DNA of 27,675 bases, from IMG/VR virus record IMGVR_UViG_3300022821_000091, positions 1 to 27,675 of that record. One strand, written 5' to 3'. The notes beneath the pieces were generated by a model. It was not told where the DNA came from. It searched no databases and saw only the letters and a list, made by a program, of their open reading frames with translations. Shown in pieces: positions 1 through 6,425 of this stretch. The position numbers and the translations under genes are program-made. Each line of letters starts with the position of its first letter. Positions within the stretch are counted from its first letter, which is position 1. This DNA comes from a virus. Taxonomy: Duplodnaviria > Caudoviricetes.

Positions 1-32
1 GTGTGGCGTGTGGCGTGTGGCGTGTGGCGTGT
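1..32 (+). repeat. Tandem heptamer repeat (GTGTGGC) x4.6, probably truncated by window edge
   Basis: gtgtggc gtgtggc gtgtggc gtgtggc gtgt read directly; related copies at ~103-113, 544-560, 582-590, 610-626. Confidence 0.9.
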
Positions 33-214
33 GTTGGTGTTTAGTGGTTAGAGTGTTGTTTATCAATAAATAGGGTTATTTCTGTGTTTTGTGGTAAAAA
101 GGGGGGCGTGTGTGCCGTTTTAAGCGTTGTTATAATTAGAGTTAATGTATAAGTCAGCTTATTTTCCTAAATTTAGGCAAAACTTTCTAAACATATACTC
201 TAAAAGCTTTTAAT

Positions 215-390
215 TTACTAGATAAACTTTTAGCCCCTTGTTATTCGTTCCGTCTTTATTGCGATAACTATACGATAAGCTATAGTCTTTTAAAAGTCAT
301 GTAATTGTCGCAAGTGATAGAACGCAAGAGGCTAGAGTTATAAGATAACTAATAGTCCGTCGTTAATGTTGATTGACTTCTTGCTATCTA
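215..390 (-). ncRNA. Candidate rod-like non-coding RNA
   Basis: Nested complementary blocks 231-240/325-334 (one U-G wobble on minus strand), 246-250/320-324, 259-264/308-313, 267-272/281-286; directly downstream of the leftward promoter; no long ORF. Confidence 0.45.
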
Positions 391-396
391 TTTATC

Positions 397-425
397 ATTA
401 TACTCTTGATTAATATAAAAGTCAA
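397..425 (-). promoter_or_regulatory. Sigma70-type leftward promoter
   Basis: Minus strand TTGACT (425-420), 17-nt spacer, TATAAT (402-397). Confidence 0.75.
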
Positions 426-433
426 GCGTAGCC

Positions 434-442
434 TGTGGATAA
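434..442 (-). promoter_or_regulatory. Consensus DnaA box TTATCCACA
   Basis: Plus strand TGTGGATAA at 434-442, 8 nt upstream of the leftward -35. Confidence 0.55.
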
Positions 443-543
443 CTTAAAGGCTTATATCCTCCTATCATTAGACTTAAGACTATAGGTTAAGCCTGTAGTC
501 TGTAGTCTGTTGCTATTGTGTCATATGGTTTAGACTTTTGCTT

Positions 544-626
544 ATAGTGTGGCGTGTGTGTGCTAATATCCTATAGCCTGTATAGTGTGGAGTTAGTCGT
601 TAAAACGTCATAGTGTGGCGTGTGTG
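544..626 (+). repeat. 17-nt direct repeat ATAGTGTGGCGTGTGTG
   Basis: Identical copies at 544-560 and 610-626; partial ATAGTGTGG at 582-590. Confidence 0.85.
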
Positions 627-896
627 GGCTTAGGCTTGAAGGGGGGAGTGGTTCGTTTAGGGTGGTTGAAATTATTTAGGAATCCGTTATATGGGACTCT
701 AGTACGAAAATTGAACAATTTTAAATCTTCCTTATATCTATAAAAAATTCAGACAAAAAAATCCCAGCCAAATTTTGTAGCCTAAACCATAGTGTTTTAT
801 AGCCTTTAGTTTGGGACTCCTAGCAATCTATAGTTTTCATACTACAAAAAAAATTCTCATATTTTTTACTTAGTTAAAGTAGGTTTATGTTAGGTA

Positions 897-925
897 TTGC
901 TAAAGATTGTAACTTATGCTATAAT
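897..925 (+). promoter_or_regulatory. Promoter TTGCTA-17-TATAAT with extended -10 (phage motif ACTTRTGCTATAAT)
   Basis: TTGCTA 897-902; TGcTATAAT 917-925; motif recurs at 5324, 11773, 26477. Confidence 0.75.
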
Positions 926-1001
926 GATAATGTGTTATTCTTAATAGATAAGAATTTCAGGCTAATTAATATACTATACTAAATAAATAATAAATAAAAT
1001 T

Positions 1002-1541
1002 ATGAAAAATGAAAACAAAGGAGAAGCTAATAGCAAAGAAGTTAAAGAAAAAAAAATTATATCTTCATTAACAGATGATAATGTTAATAAAATTAAAGAA
1101 AGCATTAGAGTTTCTGGTGGTGATTGGAATGAAGGATGTGAATATGCTGGATATTGGTTAAATGGAAGATCACTTATTTTTACAAATAATTGTATAGATA
1201 AACCATCAAAAGATGCTTTTTGTATAAGTAGAAATTGTTTAGAAAAAATTATTAAAGAATTACCAGAGCATGATAATAAAGATAAAAAATTAAAAGAGAT
1301 ACAAGAAGATGTTAATGCTAAAGATGTTAAAGAAATTCCTAAAGCTACTAAAGAAAGTTCTGTTAGAAGGATTATTATTGAAACAGATGGTAATATTATA
1401 ACAAACGTAAATGCTCAAGTTAATGGTAGTATTGAATTAATAGCTATTCTAGAAGAAGTAATTGGTACTCTTAAGAATGCTCAAATTGAAAGAGCTAAAG
1501 AAGTACAAGCTAGTTTCAGAGCTAAAGAAGAAAAGAAATAG
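1002..1541 (+). CDS. Hypothetical protein
   Basis: 179-aa ORF downstream of promoter, A-rich leader; no recognised motif. Confidence 0.75.
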   Translation: MKNENKGEANSKEVKEKKIISSLTDDNVNKIKESIRVSGGDWNEGCEYAGYWLNGRSLIFTNNCIDKPSKDAFCISRNCLEKIIKELPEHDNKDKKLKEIQEDVNAKDVKEIPKATKESSVRRIIIETDGNIITNVNAQVNGSIELIAILEEVIGTLKNAQIERAKEVQASFRAKEEKK

Positions 1542-1568
1542 TTAGATTTGTCAAATAAAATTTTTTTT

Positions 1569-1838
1569 ATGAAATTAGAAAATAAAAGGATAATTAAAAT
1601 TGGAGGTCTTAATGTTGATTTAAAATTTGTTACTAGTGATGAATTAGAAGGTGATTGTGGATCATCTGACCAGAAGGCTCCGTATATCAAGATAGATAAA
1701 GATATGAGTGATGATTTGATTATTCTTACATTACTTCATGAGATTTTTCATCACATTGACCCTGGACTATCAGAAAGTAAAGTAGAGCTATATTCTCGAG
1801 CGTGGTTTCAAATTTTTAAAGATAATGATTTATTATAA
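1569..1838 (+). CDS. Small HExxH zinc-metallopeptidase-like protein
   Basis: TLLHEIFHH motif with downstream E, preceded by IKID strand; ATG 1569 preferred over TTG 1548. Confidence 0.65.
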   Translation: MKLENKRIIKIGGLNVDLKFVTSDELEGDCGSSDQKAPYIKIDKDMSDDLIILTLLHEIFHHIDPGLSESKVELYSRAWFQIFKDNDLL

Positions 1839-1843
1839 TATGT

Positions 1844-2092
1844 ATGCCAAACGGTAAAAAACAAAGTAGCGAGCCAGAGTGTAAAAAACAATTTAATAGA
1901 ACTGTAGCGAAAACAGGAAAGTGGAGAGGAAAAACTCCAGATAAATATATTAAGTATCAGTCTCCTAAAAGAAATAAAGTAATAACCTTAATGGGTAATG
2001 ATAAAGGTATTAGTTCTAGAGAACAAAAAAAGATTTATAAAGAATTTCAGTTCAAAAAGAAAAAAAAGCACGATAAAGAAGAAGATATGTAA
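1844..2092 (+). CDS. Basic hypothetical protein
   Basis: 82-aa Lys-rich ORF tightly following upstream gene. Confidence 0.55.
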   Translation: MPNGKKQSSEPECKKQFNRTVAKTGKWRGKTPDKYIKYQSPKRNKVITLMGNDKGISSREQKKIYKEFQFKKKKKHDKEEDM

Positions 2093-2166
2093 TCTTCTAT
2101 CCCATCAGCGTAAGTTGGTGACAGGAAAACAGTCCATCATTATTTATAATGGTGGGATAGAAGATT
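2091..2166 (+). ncRNA. Structured RNA element A
   Basis: AATCTTCTATCCCATCA pairs with TGGTGGGATAGAAGATT (17 bp, 1 G-U); alternative inner hairpin CATCAGC-GTAA-GTTGGTG with GNRA loop. Confidence 0.55.
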
Positions 2167-2334
2167 AATTGATTTAACTTCCAGCGTATAGAAACTCTAT
2201 ATTAAGACTTGTTGTAATATACAAAGTCTAACCCCCAGCTCATAGAGTAAAGAAACTGGAAGAAGCTAATATTTATATCCTTAAAAGAAATATTAGTATC
2301 TGGATAACTAAATGTTGGGGGTTAAGTTAATTAA
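2165..2334 (+). ncRNA. Structured RNA element B (~170 nt multibranch)
   Basis: 23-bp closing stem 2165-2187/2312-2334 with 6 G-U and no mismatches; inner hairpins ~2188-2200, 2205-2229, 2235-2259, 2265-2297. Confidence 0.6.
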
Positions 2335-2357
2335 TTGATAATAGTAAAAATTGTTCC

Positions 2358-2809
2358 TTAAAACCTGAAGTCAAGTTATGTTATGTTATGTCAAAATGTT
2401 ATGTTGTTATATAAAAAATATTTAACTTGTAAAGATGATAAAGATACTTTATCTTATCCTTGTAAAATTATTACAGATGGAAAAGATACGAATGATTATA
2501 ATGGAGATAAATTAGTAGATTTTCAATTTATTCAAGCTAATTTAAGAAGTTTAACTGGAAGAATATTGACGATTATCGATGCGTCAATAACAGATAGTAA
2601 TCAGAATAAATGTGTTAAAGACTTAGTTAGAGGAGAGTTTATGCACGAGTTTGAAGCGTTAGGAGATTTAATGTTCGATAAACAAAGAATAGAGAGAACA
2701 ATGAATGGATTTTATACAAATGGTATTGATCCAGAAATTATTACTGCCAAAGAAGCATTAGGAGCTTAATTAATTAAAATAAAAACATTAAGTTGACTTC
2801 AGATTTTAA
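2358..2809 (+). repeat. Inverted repeat pair 1 enclosing ORF 2383-2769
   Basis: TTAAAACCTGAAGTCAAGTTATGTT (2358-2382) vs AACATTAAGTTGACTTCAGATTTTAA (2784-2809). Confidence 0.85.
2383..2769 (+). CDS. Hypothetical protein, paralog of 3563-3967
   Basis: GRILTIIDASITDSNQNKCVKDLV matches GEILTIIDAVIVDEKQNKSVKDLI; start may be ATG 2401. Confidence 0.75.
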   Translation: MLCQNVMLLYKKYLTCKDDKDTLSYPCKIITDGKDTNDYNGDKLVDFQFIQANLRSLTGRILTIIDASITDSNQNKCVKDLVRGEFMHEFEALGDLMFDKQRIERTMNGFYTNGIDPEIITAKEALGA

Positions 2810-2864
2810 AAAATAAAATGGGCTATAAAGGTATCGATTGCTTTATATGTAAAAAATAAATTAT

Positions 2865-3428
2865 ATGTCACGTATCAAGGGAAAGAAAAATCCTAATATG
2901 GCTCGTTTTGGTAATACTAATTCTTTAGGTCGCATTCAAACGCAAGCTACTAAAGATAAAGTAGGAAACGCACACAGAGGAAAAATTGTTTTACAAGCTA
3001 CTAGAGATAAACTAAGCAAAGCCAATTTAGGTAATAAAAATCCTCGTGGTATGCTTGGTAAAAAACAAACGCAAACTACTAAGTATAAAATGCATCAGTC
3101 TAAGCTAGGAGATAAAAATAATAATTGGAAAGGTGGTATAACGCCAATAAATGATACAATAAGACATAGCATTGAGTATGATTTATGGCGTAATGCAGTA
3201 TTTACTAGAGATAATTTTACTTGCCAAAAAACAGGGATTAGTGGGGGAGAATTACAAGCACATCATATTAATAATTTTTCTATATTTTCAGATTTAAGAT
3301 TTGCCATAGATAACGGTATTACTTTATTAAAAAAATCGCATATAGAATTTCATAAAATATACGGTTATAAAAACAACACTAAAGAACAATTAGAGGAATT
3401 TCTATTAGATGGTCCTCAAACGCAATAA
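2865..3428 (+). CDS. NUMOD3-like repeat + HNH homing endonuclease
   Basis: QATKDKVGNAHRGK/QATRDKLSKANLG repeats, NWKGG, RDNFTCQK, AHHI, NGITL. Confidence 0.85.
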   Translation: MSRIKGKKNPNMARFGNTNSLGRIQTQATKDKVGNAHRGKIVLQATRDKLSKANLGNKNPRGMLGKKQTQTTKYKMHQSKLGDKNNNWKGGITPINDTIRHSIEYDLWRNAVFTRDNFTCQKTGISGGELQAHHINNFSIFSDLRFAIDNGITLLKKSHIEFHKIYGYKNNTKEQLEEFLLDGPQTQ

Positions 3429-3434
3429 TAATCC

Positions 3435-3509
3435 CGGTGTATGCCGAAGTAATGGTTTAGATGCCATTAGGTAGTAATGGTTTATAAGGGTTCGATTCCC
3501 TTGCTACCA
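3435..3509 (+). ncRNA. tRNA-like element / pseudo-tRNA
   Basis: Canonical T-arm AAGGG-TTCGATT-CCCTT followed by GCTACCA; acceptor and anticodon arms non-canonical. Confidence 0.5.
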
Positions 3510-3522
3510 TATATTTAGTTCT

Positions 3523-4001
3523 TTTAAATTTGCAGTCAAGTTAAATTTAGTCAAGTAAAGTTATGCCAAACAAAGATCAAACAGGTCCTAAAGGAAAAGG
3601 TCCTAAAACAGGTAGATTAGGTTCTATAAATAAAAAAGTCATGTTCAAAGAAAATGAAGTCAATAAAGACGTAGCAACATTATGGAATGCTATATATAGC
3701 GAAATATATGAATATAAGCAACATAAGTTAGGTGAAATATTAACTATAATAGACGCAGTTATAGTTGATGAAAAACAAAATAAAAGCGTAAAAGATTTAA
3801 TTAAAGCAACTATTTATAATGGAGACAATATGGATTTTAGAATAGCCTCTTGGTTATTTTGGTTAATTGATAACAATGATATTACTCATAATAATTCAAG
3901 ATCAAGTGTTCCATTTAGATATACTGATGAATTAAGAAATCCACAATTAGAAGCTTATAAACAATAATAAACTAATATTATAAGTTGACTGCAAGTTTAA
4001 A
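3523..4001 (+). repeat. Inverted repeat pair 2 enclosing ORF 3563-3967
   Basis: TTTAAATTTGCAGTCAAGTTAAATTTAGT (3523-3551) vs ACTAATATTATAAGTTGACTGCAAGTTTAAA (3971-4001). Confidence 0.85.
3563..3967 (+). CDS. Hypothetical protein, paralog of 2383-2769, with DUF5320-like N-terminal motif
   Basis: MPNKDQTGPKGKGPKTGR resembles the MPxxDGTGPxGxGPxTGR start of DUF5320 proteins; shared ILTIIDA...QNKxVKDL block. Confidence 0.75.
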   Translation: MPNKDQTGPKGKGPKTGRLGSINKKVMFKENEVNKDVATLWNAIYSEIYEYKQHKLGEILTIIDAVIVDEKQNKSVKDLIKATIYNGDNMDFRIASWLFWLIDNNDITHNNSRSSVPFRYTDELRNPQLEAYKQ

Positions 4002-4303
4002 TGAATTATATGAATAAAGATAATAATGAAAATAATTTTTTTAATAATTTAGCTATTGAAATTGGTATTACAGATGTTAAAGTTGTTAGACAATTTTATT
4101 ATGCTTTAGTAAGAACTTTATATAAAACATTAAAGAATAATAAAAAAGTTGAAATGCCTGATTGGGGAATATATAAAATTAAACCATTTAAGGCAAGAAG
4201 TGTTCATAATATTAATACTGGTGGTAAAATAGATGTACCAGCTACAAATACTCTTAGATTTGAAGTTGATTACAAATTAAAAGATAAGGTTAAAAATTTA
4301 TAA
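4001..4303 (+). CDS. HU/IHF-family DNA-binding protein
   Basis: VEMPDWGIYKIKPFKARSVHNINTGGKIDVPATNTLRF follows HU pattern LxGFGxFxVxxRxARxGRNPxTGExIxIPAxxxxxF. Confidence 0.85.
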   Translation: MNYMNKDNNENNFFNNLAIEIGITDVKVVRQFYYALVRTLYKTLKNNKKVEMPDWGIYKIKPFKARSVHNINTGGKIDVPATNTLRFEVDYKLKDKVKNL

Positions 4304-4304
4304 T

Positions 4305-4375
4305 AGCGGGATGGAGAAGAGGCATCTCGACGGTCTCATAAGCCGTAGTCCTGGGTTCGATTCCCAGTCCTGCCA
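4305..4375 (+). tRNA. tRNA-Met (CAT), initiator-like
   Basis: Acceptor AGCGGGA/TCCTGCC, D-stem GAGA/TCTC, anticodon arm ACGGT-CTCATAA-GCCGT, T-arm CTGGG-TTCGATT-CCCAG; CCA not encoded. Confidence 0.9.
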
Positions 4376-4382
4376 CAAACAA

Positions 4383-5272
4383 TATTCTTTAACAATTTAC
4401 GCTAAGCATAACGGGCAGAAGTCGTCTACGTGACGCAGAAGTCCCACAAAATCTATGCTAAAAAATAATTACGAAGTTGATATATTAATCAACGGAAAGA
4501 GAGTACAAGAATACTTACAAAAAGATAAAATGTATATTGAAGGAAGAAAAGGTACTAAGTATTCAATTAAAATCAATAATAATTCATGGGAAAAAATAAT
4601 TGCTATTCCTACTGTTGATGGCATTTCAGTCATTAATGGAAAGTTAGCAGATTATAATTCTACGGGATATATTATTAATAGCCATTCTTCAATTACTATT
4701 GATGGATGGAGAAAAAACGATAAAGAGGTGGCTGAGTTTTATTTCTCAAACACGAAAGACTCTTATGCGAGAAGAGTCGGAAAGAATGGTAACCAAGGTG
4801 TTATTGGAGTTGCTATATATAAAGAACAAAATGAAGAAAGAAATTTTATAAAAAGAATAACAGAAATAGAACCTATATATAGAGAAGTTCCAATGTGGTA
4901 TAATGGTAGTATTAGTAATATTACTACTAATATAGATTCATGTTCTAGTATAACAACTGCTTCTTGTTCATTATCAGCATTAAAATCATCAGCATCACAA
5001 GTAAATTGTTGTTTTAAATCACAACAAGTTGGTACTGGATGGGGAGAAATTAAACATTCTGAGGTAATCAATTCTTCATTTAATAAAGATAATAGTTCTT
5101 TAACAGTGTTTGAGATATTTTATAACACAAGAAAAGAGCTTGAAAAACAAGGGATAACTTTTAATAAGGTTACATATATTAGTTCACCAAAAGCGTTCCC
5201 TAATGAGTATTGTGAAACACCAAGAAGATAATTAATTAATAAATAACGTTTAGCGTAAGTTGTTAGAGAGTA
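4383..5272 (+). repeat. Inverted repeat pair 3 enclosing ORF 4455-5231
   Basis: TATTCTTTAACAATTTACGCTAAGC (4383-4407) vs GTTTAGCGTAAGTTGTTAGAGAGTA (5248-5272): 25 bp, 4 G-U, no true mismatch. Confidence 0.9.
4455..5231 (+). CDS. Conserved uncharacterised beta-rich protein
   Basis: Motifs VDGISVING, GYII, IDGWRK, FYF..DSYA, GVIGVA, VGTGWGE recalled from a widespread bacterial/phage hypothetical family. Confidence 0.8.
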   Translation: MLKNNYEVDILINGKRVQEYLQKDKMYIEGRKGTKYSIKINNNSWEKIIAIPTVDGISVINGKLADYNSTGYIINSHSSITIDGWRKNDKEVAEFYFSNTKDSYARRVGKNGNQGVIGVAIYKEQNEERNFIKRITEIEPIYREVPMWYNGSISNITTNIDSCSSITTASCSLSALKSSASQVNCCFKSQQVGTGWGEIKHSEVINSSFNKDNSSLTVFEIFYNTRKELEKQGITFNKVTYISSPKAFPNEYCETPRR

Positions 5273-5275
5273 AAT

Positions 5276-5307
5276 AAGCTTCACTTTTGAAGCTTTTTTG
5301 TTTTTTT
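5276..5307 (+). terminator. Intrinsic terminator
   Basis: AAGCTTCA-CTTT-TGAAGCTT followed by T-rich run. Confidence 0.7.
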
Positions 5308-5323
5308 AGCGACAAAACGGTGT

Positions 5324-5338
5324 TACTTATGCTATAAT
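5324..5338 (+). promoter_or_regulatory. Extended -10 promoter motif
   Basis: TACTTATGCTATAAT just after terminator, upstream of 5402. Confidence 0.7.
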
Positions 5339-5401
5339 GTTATATAGAATGATATAAATTATAACTTTCTATACATAGTTTAATATAAAATTTTTAAAAA
5401 T

Positions 5402-5875
5402 ATGGATAAACCAATGAATAAATCTAAGAATTTAGTATCAAAAGTAAAATCTTCTGAAAGAAAAACAGAACTTGAAGGAAGTTTAGATGATTTAAATAAC
5501 AGAGAAGGAGCTATTAATAGTCAAGAAGTTATTAGTAAGAACAAAATAAACGAAATGAAAGGTAAAATAATCCAAGAACTATTTAAAATCTTGGAGAATT
5601 TTGGCGTGGATCCATCAGACTTAAATTCTATTAATAAATTTTTATCAGAATTAGAGAAGACACAACCAGATTTATTAAAGTTATTTGAATTAACATTCAA
5701 TGATTTAATTAAAGAACCAGAAAATAACGCTAATACTATACCAGCAACACCACCTACTACTGGATTACCTGAAGCTATGCCTAATACTAGTACAGCTCCA
5801 ACACAACCAATTGGAAACGAAGGATTAATGGATAAATATAAAAATTTGGGTCAAGAAACAATGATGCCAAGATAA
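5402..5875 (+). CDS. Hypothetical protein (helical core, Pro/Thr-rich C-terminus)
   Basis: 157-aa ORF with A-rich leader after promoter. Confidence 0.75.
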   Translation: MDKPMNKSKNLVSKVKSSERKTELEGSLDDLNNREGAINSQEVISKNKINEMKGKIIQELFKILENFGVDPSDLNSINKFLSELEKTQPDLLKLFELTFNDLIKEPENNANTIPATPPTTGLPEAMPNTSTAPTQPIGNEGLMDKYKNLGQETMMPR

Positions 5876-6422
5876 TTATATATAGCTAAGAGAAGTCAAG
5901 AACGGTATAAAAAAATATGATTGATAAACCGTTAGAAGTACTAGAAGCCAGATTCCCAGAATTTTTAGTGTGGCTTAGAGAGATTAGTCGATATGCTCAA
6001 GTAGAAAAATTTATTCTACTAAAGGACTATAAAGAAAGTGTAAGGGTTAGTTTCTTTACTAAGGAAAATGAATATAGCGTTAGTGTGAGACGACCACATG
6101 AATTTAGCGAACACATTGTTCAAAGAGATGTTAATGATAGAATTATTGGTGAGAGCAATGCTCCTATTGATAATGGGTATTTAGGGGGCGGAGTGTCTAC
6201 TAGAAAGCCTAGAGCTGGAGAAGACTGGAGACGAGGAAACGATTTAGCTGACGGACCTTACTGCAAGGAAACTTGGAACAAAATTAAAAATGATATTGTT
6301 TCATATGAACTTGTTAGAGTCATTCGTCCAGTAGATCCAACCTGTGAACCAGTTAATGGACCACTTGTTAAAGAAGTAAAATAATTAACACCATTCTTTG
6401 ACTTCTCTTAATTATATATAAT
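5875..6422 (+). repeat. Inverted repeat pair 4 enclosing ORF 5917-6384
   Basis: ATTATATATAGCTAAGAGAAGTCAAGAACGGT (5875-5906) vs ACCATTCTTTGACTTCTCTTAATTATATATAAT (6390-6422). Confidence 0.85.
5917..6384 (+). CDS. Hypothetical phage protein
   Basis: 155-aa ORF; motif-like GYLG..RKPRAGEDWxRGNDLADG; function unknown. Confidence 0.8.
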   Translation: MIDKPLEVLEARFPEFLVWLREISRYAQVEKFILLKDYKESVRVSFFTKENEYSVSVRRPHEFSEHIVQRDVNDRIIGESNAPIDNGYLGGGVSTRKPRAGEDWRRGNDLADGPYCKETWNKIKNDIVSYELVRVIRPVDPTCEPVNGPLVKEVK

Positions 6423-6425
6423 AAT

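Noticed and set aside
3409-3470. HDV-like/theta ribozyme near tRNA-like element
   Set aside because: Could not build P1-P3 and P1.1 pairings
4411-4447. c-di-GMP-I riboswitch or hairpin ribozyme (GGGCA..GACGCA, AGAA/GUC)
   Set aside because: Lacks GNRA-capped stem, second domain and loop B; only short word similarity
2793-6422. TTGACT in stem right arms as -35 promoter boxes
   Set aside because: No TATAAT-like hexamer at 17-nt spacing; better explained as partners of AGTCAA in left arms
2358-6422. Stem arms as IS/MITE terminal repeats or invertase sites
   Set aside because: No transposase or recombinase in window, no target-site duplications seen, all four ORFs in the same orientation, mismatches biased to G-U; not fully excluded without read data
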